A stretch of 43,227 bases of DNA from Desulfobaccales bacterium (GCA_044451265.1 JBIOJX010000003.1:1-43227); one strand, 5' to 3'; positions 26,787-36,278 are shown, numbered from the stretch's first letter. Numbers and translations are program-made. The notes: generated from the sequence alone by a model not told the origin.

Positions 26787-27971
26787 ATGCCCATACAACT
26801 CGCCCCCAACGTCTACTGGGTAGGCGCCATCGACTGGGATATCCGCGAATTCCACGGCTACGTCACCGAAAAAGGCTCCACCTACAACGCCTTCCTCATC
26901 CTCGACGACAAGATCACCCTGATCGACACCGTCAAAAAGGAATTCGTCCCGGAGATGCTGGCCCGCATCAGTGAGATCGTCCCCCCGGAGAAAATCGACT
27001 ATATCGTCTCCAACCACGTCGAGATGGACCATTCCGGCGGCCTGCCCGCAGCCCTGGCCGTGATCAAGCCGGAAAAGCTCTTCTGCTCCGCCATGGGCCG
27101 GGCCGGCCTCAGCCGCCACTACCAGGCCGACTGGCCCTTCGTCGAGGTCAAGACCGCCCAGGAGGTCGAACTCGGCCGCCGCCACCTCCTCTTCCTCGAG
27201 ACCCCCATGCTCCACTGGCCGGACTCCATGATGACCCTGCTGAAAGAGGAGCAGATCCTCTTCCCCAGCGACGGCTTCGGGGCCCACTTCGCCTCGAGCG
27301 AGCGCTTCGACGACCAGACGCCGGACCCGGCCGCCTACTTCCACCAGGTGAAGAAATACTACGCCAATATCCTCCTGCCCTTCGGCGGCCTCATCACCCG
27401 GCTCTTCAAGACCATCGGGGACCTCAAGCTGGAGTTTAAACTCATCTGCCCGGACCACGGCCTGCTCCTCCGGAACCCGGCCCCGATCCTCGCGGCCTAC
27501 CAAAAATGGGCCGCCGGCGAGGTGCTCCCCAAGGCCCTGGTGATCTACGACACCATGTGGCACTCAACCGAACTCCTGGCCCAGGCCCTGAGCCAGGGCC
27601 TGATGGACGCCGGGGCCCAAACCCTGGTCTACCGGCTGCGCCGCACCCACTACAGCGACATCGTCACCGACGTCCTGGACGCGGGCCTCTTGCTCTTCGG
27701 CTCCCCCACCCTCAACAACCAGATGTTCCCCTCCGTGGGCGAGTTCCTCACCTATCTCCAGGGCCTGCGCCCGACCAACAAAGCCGCCGCCGCCTTCGGC
27801 TCCTACGGCTGGAGCGGCCAGGCCGTCTCCCTGATCAACCAGGTCCTCCAATCCCTGAAATTCACCCTGGCCCACGACGGCCTCCAATGTAAATACATCC
27901 CCACCCCCCAGGAACTCACCGACACCCGCACCCTCGCCACCCGCTTGGCAAAGGAGAATTTGCAGCTTTGA
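26787..27971 (+). CDS. fprA: Flavodiiron protein (FprA/Roo; O2/NO reductase)
   Basis: WVGAIDW, GSTYNAFLI, diiron HVEMDH, LHWPDSM, SDGFGAH, CPDHG; flavodoxin YDTMWHST, GSPTLNN, FGSYGWSG. Confidence 0.95.
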   Translation: MPIQLAPNVYWVGAIDWDIREFHGYVTEKGSTYNAFLILDDKITLIDTVKKEFVPEMLARISEIVPPEKIDYIVSNHVEMDHSGGLPAALAVIKPEKLFCSAMGRAGLSRHYQADWPFVEVKTAQEVELGRRHLLFLETPMLHWPDSMMTLLKEEQILFPSDGFGAHFASSERFDDQTPDPAAYFHQVKKYYANILLPFGGLITRLFKTIGDLKLEFKLICPDHGLLLRNPAPILAAYQKWAAGEVLPKALVIYDTMWHSTELLAQALSQGLMDAGAQTLVYRLRRTHYSDIVTDVLDAGLLLFGSPTLNNQMFPSVGEFLTYLQGLRPTNKAAAAFGSYGWSGQAVSLINQVLQSLKFTLAHDGLQCKYIPTPQELTDTRTLATRLAKENLQL

Positions 27972-28386
27972 TTGTTGGATTAGGCCCAAATCATTGAAAT
28001 TTAGTTTTCTTCAAGCTGCCTAAAAATAAATTGATTTTTTAATAAATTCTGTGCTATCAATATTCATCTTGAGATCGGCTTACCTTGAGCAGGTTGACAC
28101 ATGATGGAGAATTTGGTGGTAAAATATTTTACTTGCACTAGTTTTACTTCTATAGTAACTCAAGTTTACTAATAATTTACACTTATCGCATTGAGGATAT
28201 GTTCAGTCATTTTTAATTGCTATACAATGATTTAAGTCTATATAAAAAGCATTTTAGGATATTTTTTAGGGAGCAGTTGCTGTTAACTTACTGTGAAAAT
28301 CCAAGAAAAATAGCGAACCCTGCTTTATTAATTTTCACATTCAATCAACCGTTTAGGATAATTTTTATACGGAGACCGAGGCGGAT

Positions 28387-28692
28387 ATGGAGCTTGCAGA
28401 TTTCATAAAAGGAGCTCTCCTTTCTATTACAACAGGTATAACAGAGGCAAATAAATGTTGTGCGGAACCACCTCCATTCACACTTGTTGGAGGGGAAAAA
28501 GGGTTCATAGAATTTGAAGTTTATGTTTTAGTGGAGGAAGAATCTAGTATTAAAGGTAAAAGCGACGTTAGTGGTGGTTTTTTTAATGTACTTAAAGTGG
28601 CAATTGGGGGAGAACTTAGAAATTCTTCAAAAGACACAGCAAAGCATCTAATAAAATTTAAGGTAAGACCTTCAGAAAGAAGTATTTATTAA
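28387..28692 (+). CDS. Trypco2-like small protein
   Basis: MELADFIKGALLSITTGITEA...IEFEVYV...GGFFNVLKVAIGG...HLIKFKV resembles the trypsin-co-occurring domain pattern (MELxxFI helix, IEFDV strand, Gly-rich hairpin, IKF strand); GAGG RBS. Confidence 0.6.
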   Translation: MELADFIKGALLSITTGITEANKCCAEPPPFTLVGGEKGFIEFEVYVLVEEESSIKGKSDVSGGFFNVLKVAIGGELRNSSKDTAKHLIKFKVRPSERSIY

Positions 28693-28711
28693 CCTCACGA
28701 GGGATATAGTT

Positions 28712-29764
28712 ATGGACAAAGTCATTGCATTTGGGCCTGCATCTGTTGCAAATGTAGGCCCTTTTTACGATGTTATGGGGTATTGCCTTGATCATCTTGG
28801 AGATATTGTCATCGCCGAGAGGACAAATGATCATAACGAAGCGACTTTAATTACTGTTGAAGGGCCATTTAAAAATGACTTAATCAAGGAAAATGTAGCC
28901 ACTGAAGATAATTGTGTGCAAATAGTTGCACAAAATATATGGGAGGAATTCAAAAATAATCTCAATTTTGGAGTAAATTTAACCCTAGTTAAAAATATGC
29001 CTACCCGAAGTGGGCTCGGTAGTTCATCTGCTAGTTGCGTAGCAGCAGCAAAAGCAATCTTAAAGATTATTGATTTCCAAGAGGAAGGCAATAAAGCATC
29101 AATCTCAAACTGGATAATTGAAGGTGAGAGAGCAGCAGCAGACCAAAGTTATCCAGACAATATTGTCCCGAGTTACTTTGGTGGTTTTTATATACTAAAT
29201 CGACAATGGCAACAAAAAGTAAAGACGAGTCCTTTTTATACATTGGTTTTTTTGAAAAATAAAGCAGCAACACGTACCATGAGAAATGTAGTTACTGAAC
29301 ATTTTATGAAGATAATAGATGATAACTATGATCCTGCGCTTAAAGTCGAAAATATTCTCAATTATTTACGCGCACAATCAAGCTATGCGGCATTGATTAT
29401 TAATTCACTTAATACAAATGACTTAGGCACGTTTGGTAGTTGTATGTCTTTATCAAGGGATAATTCAAATTTTTTGGAAGAGTGTCGTGGTGACTTGATA
29501 CTGGGGTTTTTTGACCAGAAAGAGTTTCTTCTTTCAAACGGCGCCCTTGGCTGTGCGATATCTGGTTCAGGGCCAGCTATCGCATGTGTTATTAAAGACT
29601 ACGATTCTGCCGATAAATTAAAAGATTTATATCTTCGCGAATTTGGAAATGATTGCTATTGGCTAATATCTGAACTTAATTCGACAGGTGCAAAAATAAT
29701 TGACGATCTTGATCAATGGAATAAAGATAATAAAGAATTTCACAACTTCTGGGGACAGAAATGA
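28712..29764 (+). CDS. Divergent homoserine-kinase-like GHMP kinase
   Basis: PASVANVGPFYDVMG (motif I), PTRSGLGSSSAS (motif II), YPDNIVPSYFGG, GALGCAISGSGP (motif III); GAGGGA RBS. Confidence 0.85.
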   Translation: MDKVIAFGPASVANVGPFYDVMGYCLDHLGDIVIAERTNDHNEATLITVEGPFKNDLIKENVATEDNCVQIVAQNIWEEFKNNLNFGVNLTLVKNMPTRSGLGSSSASCVAAAKAILKIIDFQEEGNKASISNWIIEGERAAADQSYPDNIVPSYFGGFYILNRQWQQKVKTSPFYTLVFLKNKAATRTMRNVVTEHFMKIIDDNYDPALKVENILNYLRAQSSYAALIINSLNTNDLGTFGSCMSLSRDNSNFLEECRGDLILGFFDQKEFLLSNGALGCAISGSGPAIACVIKDYDSADKLKDLYLREFGNDCYWLISELNSTGAKIIDDLDQWNKDNKEFHNFWGQK

Positions 29765-31716
29765 GATATACGGATAAGGTCAAAGATCATCATGATGGCT
29801 ACAGCTTTAAGAATTTATTTTTATCTAAAGAGGAGGATTGTTCTGTATATTTCGGGGATATACATATTTTGCATAGCGATCTGTTTAAAGAGCTATACGT
29901 TATACGAAATGCTGTAGAACTCCTCAACACTGAACTACTTACCGAAATTGAATCAACGAACATAACTACTTGGGATGAATCAATTTCAAAGATTTCTAAA
30001 GGTTCTGGACTTGAGGATAATATTAAATATAGTGAAAAACAACACGAAGGATTTTTTGTGCAGCTTGTCTCGCCAGTGGCGTCAGGCAAAACAACTTATT
30101 TACATTATTTTTTAAAATTTATACTTCCAAATAATATTCCTAATCGAGTCATCTACTTACCTATTGTGTTTGATGTTCGTGAGTTGTCTATCAATAACGA
30201 AACAATCCACAAAAATATTTTTGAACATATAAATAATTCACTTGACGCTAAATATGATTTCTTTGCACCTCCTTCAGACCGCGAAAATTATATCCGCAAA
30301 ACTCATACTATTGAGATGAAGCTGTTTTATGACGAAGCAATTAGAAGAGGAGTTCCTACTCAAATTACTAATAAAGAAGATATTTTTCAATCACAACGTC
30401 GCTTTTTATATGACTTATTCGAACAAGATTATGCTAAGTTTATCCGGAAAAAAATTCAATATATTCGATCTCAATGCAAGACATATATAATTTTTGTTCT
30501 AGACAATATAGATCAGCATGCACTAATTCATATTGGCAATATAAGATATACGTTAAGCCAATTATCTAAATTTTCTGAAATTGATACAATAATTTCTTTG
30601 CGTGATACGACTTTTAGATTAAACTATTCCTATGAATCGGGCGCATCTTTTCCTAGACCCAGAACGTATGTCCTTTCTCCTGCGAACGCTGATTATCTAG
30701 GCAAAAATCGTTTAGAATATTTTCATAAAGTAATTAGCGCAAAGCATGGTCGAAATAACTTCATTAAATTTCTATCGACATTTATAGATCAAGACGCAAA
30801 ATATATATCACAAAAAGCTTCTGAGGTTGAACGATCATCTTACGATTATGGATATATATGGGACTGGCTTGAAAATATATCAAATAAGAATTTTCGGGAG
30901 ATGCTTTCAATGTTGCAAAGAGCCTTAGAGTCGCACCATTTGACATCAATTGAATTTACTAAAGAAAGGGTTGACTCATTTGACATATTCGAAATGAATA
31001 CAACAAATATCAACATAAAACGATTAAAAACAGCATTCATTAATGGCGCGTCTAAATATTATAATGAAAGTTTTTCTGACACTGATATAATGAATCTTTT
31101 TGATCATTTTACATATGAAAATAAACTACATTATACACATCGATTAAAACTATTGCAGTTGATTAATTCAATGAATTTTTTTAAATTAAGCAAGTTTTAT
31201 GAAAAAATAATACATAGCGGTTTTTTTTCTAAAAATGAGATTGATAAAGCAATTATTTGTTTTCTCCAAAAGCAATTGATTTACTCAGAAATAATTAATC
31301 CATTATGCGGCTATGAACGATTTGACATGGAAGGTGTCATAGTGGACAAGCTTATGGATTCAGTTTGTTATATTACCCCGAATGGGCGGTTCCATATAAA
31401 TATATTGATTTATGATGATATCTATTTGGATGAAATGAAATATGCTACTGACCATTCAAAAGAAAATTACGATAAAATATTTAAAAATTTATCACAAAAG
31501 TTTCCTGTCGGTCGAAAGATATCAACATGTAGATTCGTAAAGCTTATTCAAGAAGAAGAAGAGAAAACCGAAACATTTTATAAAAATTATAGTCTTCCAA
31601 TGTTAGCCAAGAAAATGCACAATTCATATTATGAGCGCAAGAAAAAAGAGTCGGAATATTGGCCACAACAGTACTCAAGATATATTAATCAGTACTCAAA
31701 ATATATTAATAAATAA
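29761..31716 (+). CDS. Large P-loop NTPase (STAND/ORC-Cdc6-like AAA+) with probable C-terminal winged helix
   Basis: Walker A-like QLVSPVASGKTT, Walker B IIFVLDNID, sensor-like IISLRD, ISNKNFREML helix, late YITPNG; ATGA overlap with the kinase stop. Confidence 0.75.
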   Translation: MRYTDKVKDHHDGYSFKNLFLSKEEDCSVYFGDIHILHSDLFKELYVIRNAVELLNTELLTEIESTNITTWDESISKISKGSGLEDNIKYSEKQHEGFFVQLVSPVASGKTTYLHYFLKFILPNNIPNRVIYLPIVFDVRELSINNETIHKNIFEHINNSLDAKYDFFAPPSDRENYIRKTHTIEMKLFYDEAIRRGVPTQITNKEDIFQSQRRFLYDLFEQDYAKFIRKKIQYIRSQCKTYIIFVLDNIDQHALIHIGNIRYTLSQLSKFSEIDTIISLRDTTFRLNYSYESGASFPRPRTYVLSPANADYLGKNRLEYFHKVISAKHGRNNFIKFLSTFIDQDAKYISQKASEVERSSYDYGYIWDWLENISNKNFREMLSMLQRALESHHLTSIEFTKERVDSFDIFEMNTTNINIKRLKTAFINGASKYYNESFSDTDIMNLFDHFTYENKLHYTHRLKLLQLINSMNFFKLSKFYEKIIHSGFFSKNEIDKAIICFLQKQLIYSEIINPLCGYERFDMEGVIVDKLMDSVCYITPNGRFHINILIYDDIYLDEMKYATDHSKENYDKIFKNLSQKFPVGRKISTCRFVKLIQEEEEKTETFYKNYSLPMLAKKMHNSYYERKKKESEYWPQQYSRYINQYSKYINK

Positions 31717-31904
31717 ACTAGGCTTTTTCATTAGTTCCGGCACAAAATATTAGATGAGAGCAAGTGGGATTATTTTTTCGTTCGGAGAGTTATTATAAGA
31801 TAAACCATTTCCCAAAAGCTATAAAAATATTATTCAAATTATTTATAGGTTATGTTAAATAAATAAGGAGTACTCCTTATGGATACTCCTTGAGGGTTTT
31901 ATCA

Positions 31905-32150
31905 ATGAACACTTTTAAGAAAAACTTTAAAAAATCTCTATATATTTCAGAAAAAATCGACGAATACCTTTTTAAGGTATCAGTATTAATAGATAATCAT
32001 TACTATTTAAAGGCATTATCCTTGATTGATATTTTAATTAAAAATTACGATGTTAATTTTTCTTGCATCCAAATAATTTTTCAAAATAAAAGATTTGCAT
32101 GTGACTTTATTCCATTAAACTCTGAAGAATTTTATGATATATGCTACTAA
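31905..32150 (+). CDS. AT-rich hypothetical protein, possibly degraded
   Basis: 81-codon ORF with GAGGG upstream; no recognised motif. Confidence 0.3.
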   Translation: MNTFKKNFKKSLYISEKIDEYLFKVSVLIDNHYYLKALSLIDILIKNYDVNFSCIQIIFQNKRFACDFIPLNSEEFYDICY

Positions 32151-32871
32151 TAGACAATATTGATTATAATTTCAAATTTCTTGGTTCAATATTAATGAGG
32201 CATGTTTTCAAACAATACAAAATCATATTAAGCCATTACTGACCAACTGGCCTGGGATAGGTGGGCATACCTCATGGTCATTTTTAAATCAGCATGGCCC
32301 AAAAGCATTATATTTTTAGCAGTTGCTTCTGGCCCTTTGGCCCGCCCGTAAATCCTGCCAAGTTCCTGCTGGGCGCACCCCTAATTTTGAACCTTGAACC
32401 TTGAACTCTTCAACCGGGTCAACTGTCTCTGCTGTTCTGGCCATTTCTCTCCCCTGGGTTTACCCTATCTTCATGTGTAACTTAACCGCTCCATCCCCGG
32501 ACCGCCCGGCCGCCCAGCGGCACAGTTGCGGTACATTAGCGGTGCTGCGGCGGTGCTTCAGCGGTGCCGGCCCGCTAAGTCAGTGGCACCTCAGTGGACT
32601 AAAGCCGGTAAAATAAGGTACTTATGCGCACCCGCTTACGGAATTTTTTTAGGTACCGGCACAGGATGGCCCCGATTGGCCGCTTTTTGCGACCTGAAGT
32701 CCCCCCAAACCTGGCCGACTCACCCGGAAAACCAAGAAATATGCGCTACTTAGATGATGCACCCTTTTTCCCATCCCTAAGCTCTACTTGGCATTGCCTT
32801 TTTCGCCGCCGGCTGAAAACCAGAGGCCAAAAAAATGCTTAACCCGCGCCTCCGCCAGTCACTTCCTCCAA

Positions 32872-33051
32872 CCCCCTCCCCCTTGAGGGGGGAGGGGTGG
32901 GGTGGGGGTGGCAACCTTTCCTTGGCGCCTTTGCATACTTGCGTCTTTGCGCCTTTGCGCCTTTGCGTGAGGTCTTCTTCGACTCTTTTTGCAGCTCTTG
33001 CCGGCCGCCGGTCACTGACTACTGGCTACTGACTACTGACTACTGACTACT
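32872..33051. repeat. Repeat cluster: C/G-tract palindrome, CTTTGCG(C/T) octamers, TACTG(A/G)C heptamers
   Basis: CCCCTCCCCCTTGAGGGGGGAGGGG at about 32873-32897 (core identical to the 26608 copy); octamers at 32921-32972; heptamers at 33013-33051 overlapping the RND stop. Confidence 0.8.
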
Positions 33052-36000
33052 TTCTCTTGGCGTGAGGCCAGCAGGTAATAAATCACCGGCACCACCACCA
33101 GCGAGAAGGCGGTGGAGGCGAAGAGCCCGAAGATGAAGGACCAGGCCAGGCCTGAGAAGATGGGGTCCAGGGTGATGACCCAGGAGCCGAACATGGCAGC
33201 CAGGGCGGTGAGCAGGATGGGCCGGAAGCGCACCGCGCCCGAGCGCAGCACCGCCTCTTCCAGGGGGACGCCCCGGTCCAGGTGATGGTGGATGAAGTCG
33301 ATGAGGATGATGGAGTTGCGCACCACGATGCCGGCCAGGGCGATCATGCCGATCATGGCGGTGGCGGTGAAATAGATGGGGTCGGCGTAACCCTGCACGC
33401 TGCCGGTGAAGAAGAGGTTCAGCAGGGCAAAACCCGGCATCACCCCGATCATGGTGAGCGGGATGGCCACCATGATCACCAGGGGCAGGGTGTAGGACGA
33501 GGTCTGCAGGACCAGCAGGAGGTAGATGCCGATCAGGGCCCCGGCGAAGGCGATCCCCAGGTCCCGGAAGACCTGCACGGTGATCTTCCACTCCCCTTCC
33601 CCGGCGTAGTTGACCCGGTAGCCGGGAGCTAAAGGCTTGGCCTGGGTATCCGCCTTCAGATCGAGGATGGCGTTCACCGGGCTCCGCCCCGCGGTGTCCC
33701 CGGTGACGAAGACCACCCGCTCCAGATTTTTGCGCATGATGGCCTGGGGGGCGGTGTCCAGGTCGAAGCGCCCCAGTTCCTGCAAGGGCACCAGCGAGCC
33801 GGCCGGATTTTTAAAATAGAGCTGGCCCAGGCCAAGAGTGGCGGAGCGGGCCGCGGCCGGCCAGCGCAGCCGGAGGTCCAGGGGCAGGCGTTCGGCATCC
33901 AGATGGACCCGGCCGACCGTCTCCCCGGCCTGGGCCGTAGCCACGCCCCGGGCGATCTGGGCCGTGGCCAGCCCGCTCAGGGCCGCCTTGTCCCGGTCCA
34001 CCAGGAATCGGAACCGGGGTTCGGCCGTGGCCACCGTTGTGTCCACGTCCACTACTCCCGGCGTTTTCAGGAAGAATTCCTTGACCTTGTCCGCCTCCTG
34101 AATCAGGCCGGAGTAAGCGGCCCCCGGCGGGCCGTAGACCTCGCCCACCAGGGTCTGCAACACCGGCGGCCCCGGCGGCACCTCGGCGATGGCCAGACGG
34201 GTTTGATGCCGCCGGGCGATCTCCGTCAGTTTCGGGCGCAGCCACAGGGCAATGGCATGGCTGGCCGCGGCGCGGCGCTCTTTTTCCGCCAGGTTGACCC
34301 GCAGCTGCCCCACGTACGGTCCCTGATTAAGATAGTAATGGCGCACCAAGCCGTTGAAATCAATGGGCGCGCTCACCCCGGCATAAGTCACGACGCTGTC
34401 GACTTCGTTCACCGTGGTGAGAAACCGCCCGAATTCCTGCAAGGCCTCCTGGGTGGCCTCCAGCGGGGCGTCGTTGGGCTGGTTGGCCACCACCAGAAAG
34501 TCGCTCTTATTATCGAAAGGCAGCATCTTCAGGGGCACCAGACCCAGGACCGGCAAGGCCACTGAGATGATTAACAGCACCACCACTGCCAGGAGGAACA
34601 GGTGGACGCGGTGGCGAGACTCCAGTAGGGGCGTCAGGATGCGGGTGTAGGTCCGGTAAATCCAGGTCTCTTCCAGGACAAAGGGCTTTGCTTCTTTGCC
34701 GTATTCCTTTTTCAGCAGATGATAGGTCGCCCAGGGGGTCACGGTAAAGGCGATGAACAGGCTCATCAACATGGCCAGCGGCACGTTCAGCGGCATGGGC
34801 CGCATGTACGGCCCCATCATGCCGGTGACGAAATACATGGGGATAAAGCTGATGATCACCGCGAAGGTGGCGAGGATGGTGGGGGCCCGGACCTCGTCCA
34901 CCGCCACCAGGGTGGCCTCCAGCGGCGGGTGCTGGCGCAGTTGGAAATGGCGGTGAATGTTCTCCACGTCAATGATGGGGTCGTCCACTAACAGGCCCAA
35001 GGAGAGGATCAGGGCGAAGAGGGTCACCCGGTTGATGGTATAGCCGAAGAGCAGGTTGCCGGCGAGGGTGATGGCCAGGGTCAGGGGCACGGCCAGGGCC
35101 ACGATCAGGGCTTGGCGCCAGCCCAGGAACAGGGTCAGAAGCACGGTGATGGAAAGCACCGCGATGAGCAGTTCCCGCATCAGTTCGTTGACCTTTTCGT
35201 TGGCGGTCCGGCCGTAGTTGCGGGTGACCTTCACCTGGATGTAGGGCGGGATGACCTCCTTTTTCAGCTCCTCCAGCCGGTCCAGCAGGCCCTGGGCCAC
35301 GGTCACGGCGTTGGTGCCCAGGCGTTTGGCCACCGCCATGGTGACCGCCGGGTAAAAGCGGCCGCGCTCGTAGCCGGGCGGCGGCTCCTCGGCCGGGCCG
35401 AAGGCGATGGTGCTCGCGGCCACCGGCTCTTCGGGGCCGTCTATCACCTGAGCGACGTCGCGCACATAGACGGGTTTGCCTTGATGCAGGCCCACCAGGA
35501 GGTTGGCCACCTCATCGGCGGATTTTAAAAACGGCCCGGCCTCCACCAGGTATTCCCGGTTCTGGCGGCTGAAGTGGCCCGCCGGGAGATTGACGTTGCT
35601 TACCTCAATGGCCTGGGTGAGCGCGGCCAGATCCAGGCCGTGACCCGCCAGCCGGGCCGGGTCGGCCACCACCCGCACCTGGCGCCGGCGCCCGGCGACC
35701 ACATAGGAACGGCCGGCGTCGGGGATGGATTGCAGGCGGTGCAGCAGTTCGTCGGCCACGCGCCTGAGCTCATAATCATCGGCCCGGTTGCTATACAAGG
35801 CCAGGGTGACCATGGGCACGTCGTTGATGCTCATGGGCTTGACCACCCAACCCGTCACGCCCTGCGGCACCTGGTCGAGATTGGAGAAGGTCTGGTTGTA
35901 GACCTTGAAGAGGCTGGTCTCCAGGTTCTCGCCCACCTTGAACTTGGCGGTGACCACCGCGAAGCCGTTGCCGGCCATGGAGTAGAGGTCCTCCAGGCCC

Positions 36001-36278
36001 TCCATCTCCCAGAGTTTTTTCTCCAGGTTGATGACCGCCAGGTTTTCCACCTCCTGGGGCGAGGCGCCGGGCATGCGGATCAGAATGTCCACCACCATGG
36101 GCACGGTGATCTGGGGGTCTTCCTCGCGGGGGGTGAAGAGCAGGGCCGCGGCCCCGGCCAGCAGGCTGATGATGATAATCAGGGTGGGCAGCTTGGATTC
36201 GAGAAACCGCCGGACCAGGCGAGCGGTCAGACCGAGGTGTAATTCTTCAGGATTATTACCCATATCAGCAGATGCCAT
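33033..36278 (-). CDS. RND efflux transporter permease subunit (AcrB/AcrD/AcrF family)
   Basis: TPREEDPQI, GLLVDDPIIDVENIHRH, GMMGPYMRPMP, AGIVVRNSIILIDF, RFRPILLTA; start may be ATG 36263. Confidence 0.95.
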   Translation of the reverse strand: MASADMGNNPEELHLGLTARLVRRFLESKLPTLIIIISLLAGAAALLFTPREEDPQITVPMVVDILIRMPGASPQEVENLAVINLEKKLWEMEGLEDLYSMAGNGFAVVTAKFKVGENLETSLFKVYNQTFSNLDQVPQGVTGWVVKPMSINDVPMVTLALYSNRADDYELRRVADELLHRLQSIPDAGRSYVVAGRRRQVRVVADPARLAGHGLDLAALTQAIEVSNVNLPAGHFSRQNREYLVEAGPFLKSADEVANLLVGLHQGKPVYVRDVAQVIDGPEEPVAASTIAFGPAEEPPPGYERGRFYPAVTMAVAKRLGTNAVTVAQGLLDRLEELKKEVIPPYIQVKVTRNYGRTANEKVNELMRELLIAVLSITVLLTLFLGWRQALIVALAVPLTLAITLAGNLLFGYTINRVTLFALILSLGLLVDDPIIDVENIHRHFQLRQHPPLEATLVAVDEVRAPTILATFAVIISFIPMYFVTGMMGPYMRPMPLNVPLAMLMSLFIAFTVTPWATYHLLKKEYGKEAKPFVLEETWIYRTYTRILTPLLESRHRVHLFLLAVVVLLIISVALPVLGLVPLKMLPFDNKSDFLVVANQPNDAPLEATQEALQEFGRFLTTVNEVDSVVTYAGVSAPIDFNGLVRHYYLNQGPYVGQLRVNLAEKERRAAASHAIALWLRPKLTEIARRHQTRLAIAEVPPGPPVLQTLVGEVYGPPGAAYSGLIQEADKVKEFFLKTPGVVDVDTTVATAEPRFRFLVDRDKAALSGLATAQIARGVATAQAGETVGRVHLDAERLPLDLRLRWPAAARSATLGLGQLYFKNPAGSLVPLQELGRFDLDTAPQAIMRKNLERVVFVTGDTAGRSPVNAILDLKADTQAKPLAPGYRVNYAGEGEWKITVQVFRDLGIAFAGALIGIYLLLVLQTSSYTLPLVIMVAIPLTMIGVMPGFALLNLFFTGSVQGYADPIYFTATAMIGMIALAGIVVRNSIILIDFIHHHLDRGVPLEEAVLRSGAVRFRPILLTALAAMFGSWVITLDPIFSGLAWSFIFGLFASTAFSLVVVPVIYYLLASRQEKVVSSQ

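Larger units (their letters stand above)
27975..32240. mobile_element. AT-rich horizontally acquired islet (no integrase or transposase visible)
   Basis: Abrupt composition shift: line 30121-30180 has 19/60 G+C versus 39/60 for line 27181-27240 in fprA; boundaries approximate. Confidence 0.7.

Noticed and set aside
28217-28408. 63-aa ORF upstream of the Trypco2-like gene
   Set aside because: TTG start, no RBS or motif, overlaps the real gene start; more likely AT-rich promoter DNA.
28712-29764. Labelling the kinase as housekeeping thrB
   Set aside because: Foreign composition, no thr genes nearby, coupling to an ATPase and motif substitutions; symbol withheld.
27984-32309. GGCCCAAATCATT / GGCCCAAAAGCATT as target-site duplication of the AT-rich islet
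   Set aside because: Short, imperfect and offset from the compositional edges; could be chance.
20308-33067. CRISPR array or mini-array among the repeats
   Set aside because: Repeats are 7-8-mer tandems or isolated palindromes with no constant-length unique spacers; no cas genes.
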